From contig CBDCTA010000028.1 in NCBI GenBank assembly GCA_965221955.1, positions 64,001-128,000 on the forward strand: a DNA stretch of 64,000 bases, given 5' to 3'. This DNA is from Gammaproteobacteria bacterium. Lineage in GTDB: Bacteria > Pseudomonadota > Gammaproteobacteria > UBA4575. The position numbers and the translations under genes are program-made. The notes beneath the pieces were generated by a model, which was not told where the DNA came from, made no database searches, and saw only the letters and a program-made list of their open reading frames with translations. Of the stretch, positions 50,843 through 62,050 are shown one piece after another (positions within the stretch are counted from its first letter, which is position 1; each line of letters starts with the position of its first letter).

Positions 50843-51604
50843 TTATTGTTTTAAACGATATCCTGTCTTAAACATCCACCAGACGATAGTCAAACAAACG
50901 GATGCGAACAACAACACCATCAACAAACTGATTTCAATACTGACATCAGACACTTCATAAAAACTCCAACGAAATCCACTCACCAGATACACCACCGGAT
51001 TAAATAAACTTACGGTTTGCCATGCTGGTGGCAACATATCAATTGTATAAAAGCTTCCGCCTAGAAATACTAACGGCGTAATCACTAATAATGGAATCAG
51101 CTGGAGTTGTTCAAAACTTTCCGCCCATAATCCAATAATAAAACCGAGCAAGCTAAACGAAATACAAGTCAACACCAAGAAACTTAACATCCAAATTGGA
51201 TGAGCAATTCTTAGTTCCACGAAAAATCCTGCTGTAGCCAGGATAATCAACCCAATAATAAAAGATTTACTTGCCGCAGCCCCTACATAACCCAAGATAA
51301 TCTCTATAAACGATATAGGTGAAGATAAAACCTCGTACATCGTGCCCGTAAATCTAGGAAAATAGATACCAAATGAAGCGTTAGAGACACTTTGTGTAAG
51401 TAATGCCAGCATCATTAAACCTGGAACAATAAAGGCTCCATACGAAACACCTTCTATACTTTCTATGCGACCACCAATAGCAGAGCCAAACACTACAAAA
51501 TACAACACTGTAGAAATTACGGGTGACGCAAAGCTTTGCAACAATGTGTCCCATGCTCGCAACATTTCATATTTGTAAATGACTTTTACTGCTTGAACAT
51601 TCAT
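50843..51604 (-). CDS. ABC-2 type permease (YadH-like)
   Basis: LYFVVFG, FIVPGL, FLGGSFY, NPVVY. Confidence 0.92.
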   Translation of the reverse strand: MNVQAVKVIYKYEMLRAWDTLLQSFASPVISTVLYFVVFGSAIGGRIESIEGVSYGAFIVPGLMMLALLTQSVSNASFGIYFPRFTGTMYEVLSSPISFIEIILGYVGAAASKSFIIGLIILATAGFFVELRIAHPIWMLSFLVLTCISFSLLGFIIGLWAESFEQLQLIPLLVITPLVFLGGSFYTIDMLPPAWQTVSLFNPVVYLVSGFRWSFYEVSDVSIEISLLMVLLFASVCLTIVWWMFKTGYRLKQ

Positions 51605-52539
51605 GCGACATTCCCAGACGAAGAACTCACTAAATTAATGAAAATGTCTTCTAAAGAACTTTGTGAAGTATTCACATCTTTTAGCAACAATCCTGCTTTA
51701 TCAATAGCGCGCAATAATTCAGCAATACCAGTATGCTCACTATGACTATCATAGTTATAAGTAAGATGATTTCCTTCGGCAGATAGCTCTAATGACCATA
51801 AAGTTAGCGAAGTTGGTATAGATTCTATAGCATGCTCTAATTCAATCGTCATTTGGCGTTTGCCGAGCTTATGTTTTAGTGCCTCTTTCTCATCTATTAC
51901 AATCAACTCACCTTTATTGATCACTCCTACACGATCCGCTATTTCTTCCGCTTCTTCTATATAGTGAGTCGTTAAGATAATAGTTACACCAGATTGCCGA
52001 AGTTTTTCAACCAACTCCCACATATCTTTTCGTAACTCAACATCTACACCAGCTGTAGGTTCATCTAAAAATAGAATTTCTGGCTCATGCGACAAAGCCT
52101 TTGCGATCAACACTCGGCGCTTCATGCCGCCAGACAAGGTCAGAATGTCGTTATCTTTCTTATCCCATAAAGATAGATCTTTAAGCAATTGCTCAAGATA
52201 TGCTGGATCAGGTTTTTTACCAAATAAGCCACGACTAAAACAAATCGTATCCCAAACACTTACAAACATGCTTAAGGTTAATTCTTGTGGAACTAAACCA
52301 ATTTTACTGCGGGTAATTCGATATTCATCAATAATGTCGTGACCATCTACTTTCACGAATCCTTTTGTTGGATTTACAATTCCACAAATAATGGAGATAA
52401 GTGTAGTTTTGCCAGCACCATTTGGGCCAAGCAATGCAAGAATTTCGCCCGAACGAATATCCAAGCAGACATCGTTGAGCGCACGATGCCCACTTGAATA
52501 AACTTTGGATAAATTCGTTACAGAAATGACGGAACTCAT
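51601..52539 (-). CDS. ABC transporter ATP-binding protein (YadG-like)
   Basis: [30 protein letters not shown]. Confidence 0.95.
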   Translation of the reverse strand: MSSVISVTNLSKVYSSGHRALNDVCLDIRSGEILALLGPNGAGKTTLISIICGIVNPTKGFVKVDGHDIIDEYRITRSKIGLVPQELTLSMFVSVWDTICFSRGLFGKKPDPAYLEQLLKDLSLWDKKDNDILTLSGGMKRRVLIAKALSHEPEILFLDEPTAGVDVELRKDMWELVEKLRQSGVTIILTTHYIEEAEEIADRVGVINKGELIVIDEKEALKHKLGKRQMTIELEHAIESIPTSLTLWSLELSAEGNHLTYNYDSHSEHTGIAELLRAIDKAGLLLKDVNTSQSSLEDIFINLVSSSSGNVA

Positions 52540-52606
52540 GTTCCGTTTATAACACGTTATGACGCCATACTAAAAACTTCTCTAAATTAACCTTTGCTTT
52601 ACTAAT

Positions 52607-53035
52607 TTATGATGTAGCAGCTTTTATATTTTCTTGAATGATAGTAGCTATTTCTTTTGCGTCATATTTTGTAGTAATCCGTGCTAGTTTTTCACCTGTA
52701 TCAGCATTAAATAACAACATAAATCCTGTTTTGCCTGCATTGGCTTCATAGGCTTGACCCAAGCCAAGCACCGCAGCCATCATTTCTGCTTGGTGCTGAG
52801 TGGTTTCATTAGTTAGGTCCCAGCGAACAAATAAAATATCTTGTTGATCAAGTCCAGCCTCTTTTCTTGCTTGCGCAATTTTTGGGTCCAACGCTTTACA
52901 ACTTCCACACCAGTCTGCATACATGAGCACACCATATACGGCTGGTTTATTCCCAGCCTTAGACTGCTCTCCAAAAGAGATGAATGGTGCTGTTATAAGA
53001 GCGATGGATATGAGTAAAAAGGCAAGTTTTTTCAT
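52607..53035 (-). CDS. Secreted thioredoxin-like protein
   Basis: Signal peptide, ADWCGSCK. Confidence 0.85.
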   Translation of the reverse strand: MKKLAFLLISIALITAPFISFGEQSKAGNKPAVYGVLMYADWCGSCKALDPKIAQARKEAGLDQQDILFVRWDLTNETTQHQAEMMAAVLGLGQAYEANAGKTGFMLLFNADTGEKLARITTKYDAKEIATIIQENIKAATS

Positions 53036-53080
53036 GTTTTCTCCAAATTTTTTATTTAAGCCTGAAGAGTAGACCGTAGA

Positions 53081-54367
53081 TCATGTGGCTTTATTACACG
53101 ATGAATTAAAATTAGTAATCATTTTAGAAAGAATAATACTTGCCAAAAGCCCAAGCAATGCGAATGCCCCTAGAAACATAAAAAAGTGCTGATGCCCTTC
53201 TAAGCCAGGTGAACCATCAATTAACAAACCCGCCACATATAAAACGAATACATCTGGCGTAAAACCTATAACCGATACTAAGCCTACTGCACTACCTGTC
53301 ACTGCTAGCGACAATTTAGTTTCTTCAAAAATAGCAAAATAAAGACTACGCAAGCCAAAAATAGCAATGCAGGTTAACAACACATTAATTAACAACATCC
53401 ACGTAAAGTTGATATCCGGCGTGATAAAGGCAAAATAGCTGTCTGTACATAAAAGCAGAAAAAAACATATAGATAGCATTTTGGTTGCATGGAATCTATC
53501 CGCTAACAAGCCTATAGCGATAGCAATAATTGGCCGTAACCACGAACCCAGTGTGATCAGTTTGGCTGCTTCTATATCATCATACCCATAGACATCCACC
53601 GCATAGAGGGAATAATTGTCAAACCCTTTATAACCTACGTATGCGCATATTACGATTATTGACTGTAACCATACACTTGATTTAGAAAATACATGTTTAA
53701 TATTGTTTGTTAACTGTGCCAGGAATGGATTTTCTTTTGATATTTTCTGGGCATGAGAAAAATTTCTAAACACTACCCACACATAAATCCCAACTAATGC
53801 CGTGACAAGTGAGTAACCAAAAATAACGGTTCGAAAAACATTTTGTTTTTCGCTGAAGCTTGCTGTGTCGTAACCCACTGGGAAAGAAAGTTGAAACAGT
53901 AAAATACCAAGTGAAGCCAGACTTACCGCTAATAATCCTCTGCCTCCTTCCAATAAACCAAATGCTAAGCCTTGTTCGTTTTCACTACCCCATTCTCTTG
54001 TAGCACGTATCAGCGCTCCCCATAACAACATAATGGTGGAAAGACCAAAAAACCCAAACAACAATACCATTTCAAAATAATTGGGAAAAGTAGACATGTA
54101 TAGTCCACCTAAAGCAGTCATCCATAAAGACAGCGACATCAACTTATAGGCAGGAAATCGATCTGCTAACAAACCTCCTGGAAAGTAAGCAAGCATGGCA
54201 ACAATCCCATAGATTCCCTGTGCAACTCCCAACTGTGTTGCTGTGAGGTTAAACATCTCAAGCATAGTGGGCCTAAAAAAACGGCCCAAATGAAATGGCA
54301 AAGCAAAAATGACTTCGCCGGCTAAGATTAAGCCTAAAATTAGGAAAATTCTTTGCTTAACAATCAA
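53081..54367 (-). CDS. MFS transporter
   Basis: GGLLADRF motif A in both halves, about 12 TM helices. Confidence 0.9.
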   Translation of the reverse strand: MIVKQRIFLILGLILAGEVIFALPFHLGRFFRPTMLEMFNLTATQLGVAQGIYGIVAMLAYFPGGLLADRFPAYKLMSLSLWMTALGGLYMSTFPNYFEMVLLFGFFGLSTIMLLWGALIRATREWGSENEQGLAFGLLEGGRGLLAVSLASLGILLFQLSFPVGYDTASFSEKQNVFRTVIFGYSLVTALVGIYVWVVFRNFSHAQKISKENPFLAQLTNNIKHVFSKSSVWLQSIIVICAYVGYKGFDNYSLYAVDVYGYDDIEAAKLITLGSWLRPIIAIAIGLLADRFHATKMLSICFFLLLCTDSYFAFITPDINFTWMLLINVLLTCIAIFGLRSLYFAIFEETKLSLAVTGSAVGLVSVIGFTPDVFVLYVAGLLIDGSPGLEGHQHFFMFLGAFALLGLLASIILSKMITNFNSSCNKAT

Positions 54368-54373
54368 TAGTAC

Positions 54374-55729
54374 TTACATTACGAAGGAATAGAGCCAACC
54401 AAAAATTGCACATGCAATAATAACTTTAACGATATCTAATTTAAATTTATATAGCGCAATAAATGCCAAAACCCCTACTACAAGCGAGACCCAGTCAAAT
54501 AAGCCTTCAAACCCATTTGGCCATAGCACATGATAAGCAAAAAACATAGCAAGGTTAACAATTACACCCACGACCGCTGCAGTAATACCTAACAAAGGTG
54601 CAGTAAAGTGCAAATCTCCTCGTGTGGCTTCAATCGCTGGACCGCCAATAAAAATAAATAAAAACGAAGGCAGGAATGTAAAAAATGTAACGACACAAGC
54701 TGCAACAATTCCTGCTAAAGGCAATAGTTCTGGACCGAATAACTCTTTCGTCCAACCTCCTACAAAACCTACAAAGGTCACAACCATGATTAACGGCCCA
54801 GGCGTTGTTTCGCCCAAGGCTAACCCATCAATCATTTGTGTTGCAGTAAGCCAACCGAATTGATCTACTCCACCTTGATACACATATGGCAATACCGCAT
54901 ACGCACCACCAAAAGTTACCAATGCGGCTTTGGTAAAAAATACTCCCATTTGAGTCAGTGGATTATCCCAACCAAACTTAAAATAAAGTGCAGCTAAAAC
55001 TGCAACTCCAATCCCTACTCCTATAACAATAAATGTAAGCGACCTCAACCAACTAAACTTTGCATAATCTGGTATAGGTGTATTGTCATCAATGATCGCT
55101 GGCCCATATGAGTCCTGTGCTTCAGTTTTATGTAGCTCCGCATTGAAAGAATCAGGAATAGTTTTGGAACCAATAAAACCTAGAATGCCTGCACCAATTA
55201 CAATTAACGGAAAAGGTACATGAAAATAAAAAATAGCAATGAATGCAATTAAAGCTATCGCACGTAACACATTATTTTTTAAGGCTCGAGAACCAATTCG
55301 GTAGGCAGCGAATAGCACAATCGCTGTTACAGCAGGTTTTACACCATACAATACTCCTGACACAATTTGAGTCTGCCCATATTCTAAATATATCCAAGTA
55401 AGTGCTATAAGAATAAATAACGAGGGCAATACGAATAAACCACCTGCAATCAATCCACCTTTAACACCATGCATCAACCAACCTATATAGGTTGCAAGTT
55501 GTTGAGCCTCGGGACCCGGCAGCACCATAGTGTAATTCAATGCATGCAAAAAACGATGCTCAGATATCCAACGACGTCGCTCCACTAACTCTTGGTGCAT
55601 CATACTAATTTGACCTGCAGGTCCACCAAAGCTTATGAAACCAAGCTTTAGCCAGTATAAAAATGCTTCACTAATTTTAATCTTGGCTGGAATATTTACC
55701 ATTTCAGCTTTTGAATAAGTAGCCATAAT
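54374..55729 (-). CDS. chrA: Long-chain chromate transporter
   Basis: GFISFGGPAGQ, LPGPEAQQ, TFGGAYAV, ETTPGPL; exact start uncertain. Confidence 0.92.
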   Translation of the reverse strand: MMATYSKAEMVNIPAKIKISEAFLYWLKLGFISFGGPAGQISMMHQELVERRRWISEHRFLHALNYTMVLPGPEAQQLATYIGWLMHGVKGGLIAGGLFVLPSLFILIALTWIYLEYGQTQIVSGVLYGVKPAVTAIVLFAAYRIGSRALKNNVLRAIALIAFIAIFYFHVPFPLIVIGAGILGFIGSKTIPDSFNAELHKTEAQDSYGPAIIDDNTPIPDYAKFSWLRSLTFIVIGVGIGVAVLAALYFKFGWDNPLTQMGVFFTKAALVTFGGAYAVLPYVYQGGVDQFGWLTATQMIDGLALGETTPGPLIMVVTFVGFVGGWTKELFGPELLPLAGIVAACVVTFFTFLPSFLFIFIGGPAIEATRGDLHFTAPLLGITAAVVGVIVNLAMFFAYHVLWPNGFEGLFDWVSLVVGVLAFIALYKFKLDIVKVIIACAIFGWLYSFVM

Positions 55730-55949
55730 GAACGATATATACAGGAAAACTACAGGCAATGTCCGTTTATCTACTTATGCACTCTTCCTATCATGATATT
55801 TATATACATATAAATTAATTTTTAATACTTTAAATGTCACTTGGGAAAGTGTTTGTAGATATTTAGGAATTGCAATCAAAAGCTCGAAACATGAGTACCT
55901 ACTGGTTTCTAAATATTATTAATAATCAAAGATTATTGAAGAAACACTT

Positions 55950-56525
55950 ATGGAAGATCTCATCGAAGAAATTCACTATGACCACATTAAATTTAGCAAG
56001 GTATTAGACATTCTTGCTGAGCAGCTCGAATGCATGCGTGATAACAAATCTGCTGACTATCCTCTAATGCTGGATGCAATAAATTATATCGAAAATTATA
56101 CTGAATTTGCGTTAGCCCCTAAAGAAGATGCAATTTTTAAAAGATCTTCAGAAGATGATAGTTTTGTAGACCTGAGAGGTACAATTAAGCTACTGCGTTC
56201 AGAAAACCGTGAACTGAAAACACTCTCTCGCAAGTTGCACGGCTATATCAATGCAGCATTAGAAAGCTCTATATTTGAAAAAGACAAGTTTGAGCGCAAA
56301 CTTGAAGCTTGCATTAAACGACAACGTGATCACATGCATATGGAGCAAATTATTATCTTTCCTCTTTTAAGGAAAAGATTAAGCGCTAAACAAATCGAAA
56401 AGTTAAGTTCCGATTACAAAGCCAAATCAGATACTAAAATTTCTGAAGATTTTTGCGAAAAATATAACGAACTCTATAAAAGAATTACTCATACAAGCCA
56501 TTCAGACACTAATAGTATTCATTAG
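55950..56525 (+). CDS. Hemerythrin-like domain protein, degenerate metal ligands
   Basis: DH..F..VL..L, PKEDAIF, HMHMEQ..IFP pattern. Confidence 0.7.
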   Translation: MEDLIEEIHYDHIKFSKVLDILAEQLECMRDNKSADYPLMLDAINYIENYTEFALAPKEDAIFKRSSEDDSFVDLRGTIKLLRSENRELKTLSRKLHGYINAALESSIFEKDKFERKLEACIKRQRDHMHMEQIIIFPLLRKRLSAKQIEKLSSDYKAKSDTKISEDFCEKYNELYKRITHTSHSDTNSIH

Positions 56526-56548
56526 TCTTTCCGCAATATAAAAGCTGC

Positions 56549-57925
56549 CTAGCCATTAGCAATGGAGAGCATTTCTTCACGGCGCGTAAATTTCTCTCGA
56601 GGTTTATTTTTGGGTTCTCCTGCTGCGACTTCTGCTGCATCAATTTTCATCCATTGGCCATAATTGATGTATTGCACACCATTGCCATCCAAAATTTTAT
56701 ACAAAGCTTCTCGACCAGGTTTATTTGCATCTAATTTCGACACATCTTCTAGCAACATATCTACTGACTCCACTGCGCATGCGCGGTTGGTACCTATAAT
56801 TCCAGAAGGACCACGCTTAATCCAACCTGCTGTATATAAACCTGGCACCACATCCCCTCCATGTTCAGTCGTAATACGTCCATTTTCATTAGGGATGGTG
56901 CCCCAACGATCATAGAAAGGTACACCTGGAATAGGCACACCATTGTAGCCAATACTGCGGAATAAAATTCCGCAGTCAATTTCCATGGTTTCACCAATTC
57001 CTTTACAAGATTGTTTAAATGGCTCTCCATCAAGAGTATTAATTTCAAATACAACTTTCTCTAAGCGACCATCACCTTCCAATCGAATAGGGCTTTTTAG
57101 AAACGTAGAAATACAGGTACGCGGCTTTCCTGTGTCTTCAGATTCTGCAAACTTTTGAAAGATTTCGACATTCTTTTTATTCCCACGCCCTTCTTTCATT
57201 TCCAGTTCTTGCAAACTCGTCTCGTTCAGCTCTAATTCCTTAGGATCAATATAGGCACGACAGTTTTCAATTTCTAAGAATTCTTTTAATTCTTTAGAAG
57301 CAAATTTGGCTTGCGCTGGACCTCGTCGCCCAACCACATAAATCGTTTTAATTTTACTCTCAGCTAATGCATCCAGTGCATGTTGCGAGATATCAGTATG
57401 TTTCAATTCGTCTACAGACTTCGCCAGAATTCGTGACACATCTGCTGCAACATTCCCTTGACCAATCACAATTGCAGTTTCGTGTGAAAGATCAAATGTA
57501 CGGTCCCGGTAATCTGGATGTCCGTTATACCAACCTACAAACTCTGTTGCCGTGTAACTACCTAATAAATCTTCGCCAGGTACGCCTAACTTACGATCGG
57601 TTTCAGCACCACAGGTATAAATTACGGCATGGTGTGTTTCTTGTAATTCTTCTGCCTTAATATCCTTACCTACCGTTACATTGCCGACAAAATTAAACTC
57701 AGGATTTTGTGCGATTTTCTTATATACTTCGATCGCCTGCTTGAGTTTTGGATGATCAGGAGCCACACCACTGCGCACCAGACCAAATGGTGCAGGCAAC
57801 CTTTCAATCAAATCGATTTCAACATTGAGGTCAGACTTAATTAATGCTTCGGTTGCATAGAAACCACTTGGACCACTTCCAACAATGGCTACACGTAATG
57901 GGTTACTTTCGCTTCCAAGACTCAT
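56549..57925 (-). CDS. Ferredoxin--NADP+ reductase, adrenodoxin-reductase/FprA type
   Basis: VGSGPSGFY, GLVRSGVAPDH, WYNGHP, GQGNVA.DV.R, GRRG, GWIKRGPSGIIGTN. Confidence 0.92.
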   Translation of the reverse strand: MSLGSESNPLRVAIVGSGPSGFYATEALIKSDLNVEIDLIERLPAPFGLVRSGVAPDHPKLKQAIEVYKKIAQNPEFNFVGNVTVGKDIKAEELQETHHAVIYTCGAETDRKLGVPGEDLLGSYTATEFVGWYNGHPDYRDRTFDLSHETAIVIGQGNVAADVSRILAKSVDELKHTDISQHALDALAESKIKTIYVVGRRGPAQAKFASKELKEFLEIENCRAYIDPKELELNETSLQELEMKEGRGNKKNVEIFQKFAESEDTGKPRTCISTFLKSPIRLEGDGRLEKVVFEINTLDGEPFKQSCKGIGETMEIDCGILFRSIGYNGVPIPGVPFYDRWGTIPNENGRITTEHGGDVVPGLYTAGWIKRGPSGIIGTNRACAVESVDMLLEDVSKLDANKPGREALYKILDGNGVQYINYGQWMKIDAAEVAAGEPKNKPREKFTRREEMLSIANG

Positions 57926-57970
57926 TCAAAACTCCTCATCATTAATCTATTTCTTATATTTATTTACTAC

Positions 57971-58000
57971 AAACAAAACGCACAGGAAATTGCTGTGCGT
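57971..58000 (-). terminator. Terminator-like hairpin between the ferredoxin and FNR genes
   Basis: Stem ACGCACAG/CTGTGCGT followed by TTTGTTT on the minus strand. Confidence 0.55.
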
Positions 58001-58025
58001 AATTAAAGTCTATATATTTTCTAGC

Positions 58026-58147
58026 AAAAGTTCTGATTTTTTCTGAGACGAGACAAAAAATGTTGCAAAAAACGGAGCTTACTAATCAGTAAATGAGTAT
58101 TTTTAAAACATTTTTTAACGAAGTATTCAGAACAAATCAGAGATTCT
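58026..58147. repeat. Palindromic MITE/RPE-like element, copy B
   Basis: Terminal inverted repeats AAAAGTTCTGATTTTTTCTGA / TCAGAACAAATCAGAGATTCT (17/21); inner AAAAAATGTT...AACATTTTTT. Confidence 0.7.
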
Positions 58148-58153
58148 TGAGCT

Positions 58154-58459
58154 TTAGAATCCTAATTCTGATTTGCGATCTTCAGCACCAGGCAATGGAT
58201 CCATGGGCTCTTCAATTAAAGGCAGGTCACCGCATTTTTCAGCGTTGATTTCAACCCAGCCTTCTTGGCCTTCAGGAATGTCATCTTCTTCATAAATAGC
58301 CTCTACTGGACATTCTGGAATACATGCACTGCAATCAATACAAACCTCAGGGTCGATATAAAGCATTTCATCATCGTAGTGAAAACACGCAACTGGACAA
58401 ACCGAAACACAATCTGTGAATCGACAGCCCTTACAATTTTCAGTTACAACTGTAGTCAT
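58154..58459 (-). CDS. Dicluster ferredoxin (Azotobacter FdI/FdxA type)
   Basis: CKGCRFTDCVSVCPV and CIDCSACIPECP; start MTTVVTENC at 58459 after AGGAG. Confidence 0.93.
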   Translation of the reverse strand: MTTVVTENCKGCRFTDCVSVCPVACFHYDDEMLYIDPEVCIDCSACIPECPVEAIYEEDDIPEGQEGWVEINAEKCGDLPLIEEPMDPLPGAEDRKSELGF

Positions 58460-58546
58460 TAGTTTGTCTCCTATATTATTAAGATAATTTAACCACAAAT
58501 ATAGAAAACGCGATGAGTGTTCCGAAGCAAGTGATGTTTTCGAGTA

Positions 58547-59365
58547 TTATTTTGAAAACAATAAAACCTCGCCACGATTGAGTTCAATCCCGTCTCCGCT
58601 ATAACGTTTGTAGATACCATTTAGGTGTTTATCTTGAATTTTCCTCTTGAAGCCATGGTCTTGCAACTTCCTAAGATAAAATCTTAAAAATAGTGGGCGA
58701 TATGTGCACGCATACTCGAAGCTAGGTAACATCTGCGCATCTTCTAATGATGCAATAGTGCCACGTTTCATACCTGCACCCGTTCGAATACCTAATTCAC
58801 CCAAAACAATAATCGAACCTGCCAACATATTTACACCTGTGAAATCACCTGCGTTTCCACCAATCGCAATAAAACCACGGCGCATGGCACTACCAATCTC
58901 GTTTTTTGCATCGCCATGAATAAATATTTCTCCACCTGTAATACCTACGGTATGACCTCTGTATGCAGCTCCAACCATGTGGCCAGCATTCTTTTTAACA
59001 ACAATACGACCACCCGACATTTCAGGGCCCACCCAATCTCCAGCATTACCTTCTACGACAATTTCTCCACCTGACATTCCTAATCCAAGGTGCATGCCTA
59101 CATCACCTTCAATGATGATTTTGCCCTCTGACATACCGGCACCAATCATTTTTACATTGGATAAATCGCCCTCGAGTAAAATTTCAGAATTGCCTTTACC
59201 TGTTACTGTAAAGAAATCGCCTAAATTTGCTTTTACATTGCCATGCATTACAGGTAAATGCTCAATACCTGATTGTGATAGACCAGATAGTGTTGCCGTG
59301 TTAAGCACTTCAGCTTCCAACGGTACATCTGGTTGAGTGTGCAATTTTAAATGCGCTGTAGACAT
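58547..59365 (-). CDS. fwdC: Formylmethanofuran dehydrogenase / Fhc subunit C
   Basis: Repeated G..M.GG.I.V.G.AG beta-helix units, GNVKANLGDFF. Confidence 0.92.
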   Translation of the reverse strand: MSTAHLKLHTQPDVPLEAEVLNTATLSGLSQSGIEHLPVMHGNVKANLGDFFTVTGKGNSEILLEGDLSNVKMIGAGMSEGKIIIEGDVGMHLGLGMSGGEIVVEGNAGDWVGPEMSGGRIVVKKNAGHMVGAAYRGHTVGITGGEIFIHGDAKNEIGSAMRRGFIAIGGNAGDFTGVNMLAGSIIVLGELGIRTGAGMKRGTIASLEDAQMLPSFEYACTYRPLFLRFYLRKLQDHGFKRKIQDKHLNGIYKRYSGDGIELNRGEVLLFSK

Positions 59366-59418
59366 AATATGTTACTTTATATCTGACTTATTTCTTGTTG
59401 TATTTAATGTAAAAAAAT

Positions 59419-60309
59419 TTATCCAACTAATTCATTTAAGTGGAATTTATACTTACCTAGCTCTCCACCGTAATTACCTGCCGAAATCATTGTGGCACCT
59501 TTTTCTGCTGCCGCCTTTATACCTCGTCGCATGGCTTCTTTAACGGCATCTTCAGTGAGACCATCGATCACGATCTCATAAATGGCTTCGACATTTTCAG
59601 GCACAACTGTATTATTACTAATTGATCGAAGCGTTGGACAATATGCGTCATTTGTTGATGCAATCATGCCTTTATATTTTGCACCGATTTTACTTCCCGA
59701 TCGCACGACCCCCTGCGGGAAAGGCAAAAATACGCCACCCACTTCACGCATTGCATGAGTTGCTGCAATCGACGCGCGTAATGCGATGCCTCTTGTTGAA
59801 CCAAATATAATTAAATTACCCCCGCCTACTGCGGGTTTAATTCCGAATTGATCATCAATGAGAAACTCACCTGACATTACAGGAATCCGCCACAAGCGAA
59901 TGTCATCAATAAGCTTACTAATTTGATAACCATCACCAAAGAAACGTAATTTACCACCAACAGAAACAGAATCTTCAGATTCCAAACCGTTGTAACAGGC
60001 TGATGTCGGACAAGTCATCACACACTGACCGATACGATCAATTAATTGACCTGCAATGGTTTTAGAACTCATAGTGAATAACAACACGCTTATTCCAGGA
60101 CGACCATCTGGTGTATCTGATTCAGGTATTTCACACTCCACTGCAGCTTCTAATTTGCAACGAATTACAGATGTAGCAAACCCTGTCATAGAAGCCGCCG
60201 CCGCACGCGCCCATTGTTTCGTATCAGCAGTGATAATCACTCGCGAGCCACACATTTCAAATGCTTCTGCAAATGTATCTACAATTTCAGTTTTACCAAT
60301 TTTCATCAT
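59419..60309 (-). CDS. ftr: Formylmethanofuran--H4MPT N-formyltransferase (Ftr/FhcD)
   Basis: DTFAEAF, GFATSVI, TPDGRPG, RIGQCVMTCPT, VRSGSK, AGNYGG. Confidence 0.95.
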   Translation of the reverse strand: MMKIGKTEIVDTFAEAFEMCGSRVIITADTKQWARAAAASMTGFATSVIRCKLEAAVECEIPESDTPDGRPGISVLLFTMSSKTIAGQLIDRIGQCVMTCPTSACYNGLESEDSVSVGGKLRFFGDGYQISKLIDDIRLWRIPVMSGEFLIDDQFGIKPAVGGGNLIIFGSTRGIALRASIAATHAMREVGGVFLPFPQGVVRSGSKIGAKYKGMIASTNDAYCPTLRSISNNTVVPENVEAIYEIVIDGLTEDAVKEAMRRGIKAAAEKGATMISAGNYGGELGKYKFHLNELVG

Positions 60310-60322
60310 GTTGATAACTAAA

Positions 60323-61969
60323 CTAAGCTTTAGGGTTTACAGGAACCACTTCATGTTTGTGTAAATATTCTTCACCAATTGCATAGTTGCTAAACTTAAC
60401 CGAATAATAATCTTCAAAGAATGGCTCAATTTCACCCGCAATATCTTCGTTATAACCTGGTTTAGAATGCAGTAGTTTGCCCTTATGGTCTGTTGCAAAT
60501 TCATGATCTTTAATTACCGTTACACCATCTTTGATGACATAACGTGGTGCATTAAACATCGCTTCTTTATCATCTTCTTCAGTGTAGATTGTAATGTCCG
60601 CATCAGCGCCGTTTCCAAGATGACCTTTATTCGCCAACCCCAAGGCTCTTGCAGGGCCAGCACGAGTAATAATGGCAATTTCATTTAAAGTATATTCACG
60701 ATCTAAGTCACGCAAACTAGATTGGTCAATTGCTTTTTGATTTACATGTTTCAGTGCTTCTTTTCTATAACCACTATCCATTAATAACTTAATCAGTTTT
60801 GGATAACTCATAAATGAACCACCATTTGGATGATCTGTTGATAGCAAAACACGCCATGGGTCTTTTGAATGCAGAAACAATTCTAAACCCATTGCCCATT
60901 GCAAGGCGTGGGTGTACACACTTTCTTGATAAGAAAACGGAATAATTCCACACCCACTTTCACATTCTGTATCAGCATTTACCCACTTCGCAGGTTTTAC
61001 GTTTCTTAACATCCACGCCAAGGGGGCATCTGCAGTCATTGCAGTCGCTTTACCAAACATGACCTGACCCACATCACAGGTGATGTTTTCGTTATCATTT
61101 ACGTAATCAATTATATCTTTTACACCAGACTTGGCGTTTTTATTTAACTCTCCCCCAAAACTATGAAACTGGATATGCGCCATGTGTACTCGACGACCTT
61201 GTGCAGCTTTCATCGTGTCCAGCGTGGTACTGATGTTTCCGCTGTGACCCAAATTATTACAATGCACGTGTGGCGGATGAGGCAATCCTAATTCATGCGC
61301 AGCTTCAATAAAGCTTTCGATAACATGATTTGGCGTGATATCGTAGTGATCGATTTTCTCATTAACGTTGGTAATATTTGCATTTTTACGTCCCTTCCAT
61401 AATTCATCACTACCCACGTTTACTAGCTTAAGTGTGTGTGCATGCACGGAATTAATCCACCATGCAATTGCTTCTTTAAATTCGTTCTTGCGACCTTCTT
61501 TAAGTAGTTTATATAAAAATGCATTATTCCCAAGCAACACATAGAAACCTTTATCAATAACTGGTGTGTCATCTAATTCTTCTAAGGTATGTCTTGCAGA
61601 TATCGGTGGAACTGCTGCTTCCATTGCTGTGGTGTATCCCATGGTGGCATATCGATACCCAGTCGCAAAAGTAGAAGGCACAATACCTCCTGTTCCGGAA
61701 CGTGTAATCGCAGTTTTTGGATGCACATCTAAACGATGATCTTCAGGTTGAAGTTTTCGTGCTAGATTTACTTTTGCACCTGCAATATGACAATGAATAT
61801 CTACTGCGCCTGGCATAATCACCATGCCATGTGCATCTATTTTAGTTGCTGAACCCGAAACTGAATCAACGACCTTGCCGTCTTTTACACAGACGTCTTG
61901 AACTTTACCATCGATATTGTTTGCAGGATCGTATACACGACCATTTACAATTCTTAACTCTGAAGACAT
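60323..61969 (-). CDS. fwdA: Formylmethanofuran dehydrogenase / Fhc subunit A (binuclear amidohydrolase)
   Basis: DIHCHIAG, KLVN, HVHCNNLG, HIQFH, STDHPNG, TRAGPA. Confidence 0.95.
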   Translation of the reverse strand: MSSELRIVNGRVYDPANNIDGKVQDVCVKDGKVVDSVSGSATKIDAHGMVIMPGAVDIHCHIAGAKVNLARKLQPEDHRLDVHPKTAITRSGTGGIVPSTFATGYRYATMGYTTAMEAAVPPISARHTLEELDDTPVIDKGFYVLLGNNAFLYKLLKEGRKNEFKEAIAWWINSVHAHTLKLVNVGSDELWKGRKNANITNVNEKIDHYDITPNHVIESFIEAAHELGLPHPPHVHCNNLGHSGNISTTLDTMKAAQGRRVHMAHIQFHSFGGELNKNAKSGVKDIIDYVNDNENITCDVGQVMFGKATAMTADAPLAWMLRNVKPAKWVNADTECESGCGIIPFSYQESVYTHALQWAMGLELFLHSKDPWRVLLSTDHPNGGSFMSYPKLIKLLMDSGYRKEALKHVNQKAIDQSSLRDLDREYTLNEIAIITRAGPARALGLANKGHLGNGADADITIYTEEDDKEAMFNAPRYVIKDGVTVIKDHEFATDHKGKLLHSKPGYNEDIAGEIEPFFEDYYSVKFSNYAIGEEYLHKHEVVPVNPKA

Positions 61970-62050
61970 ATATTTTAGTTGTTATTTTTTACAACAACTC
62001 CATCGCTGCAGTTGCTCTAAATTTATTAATTATGTTATCCGTTTTAAAAT

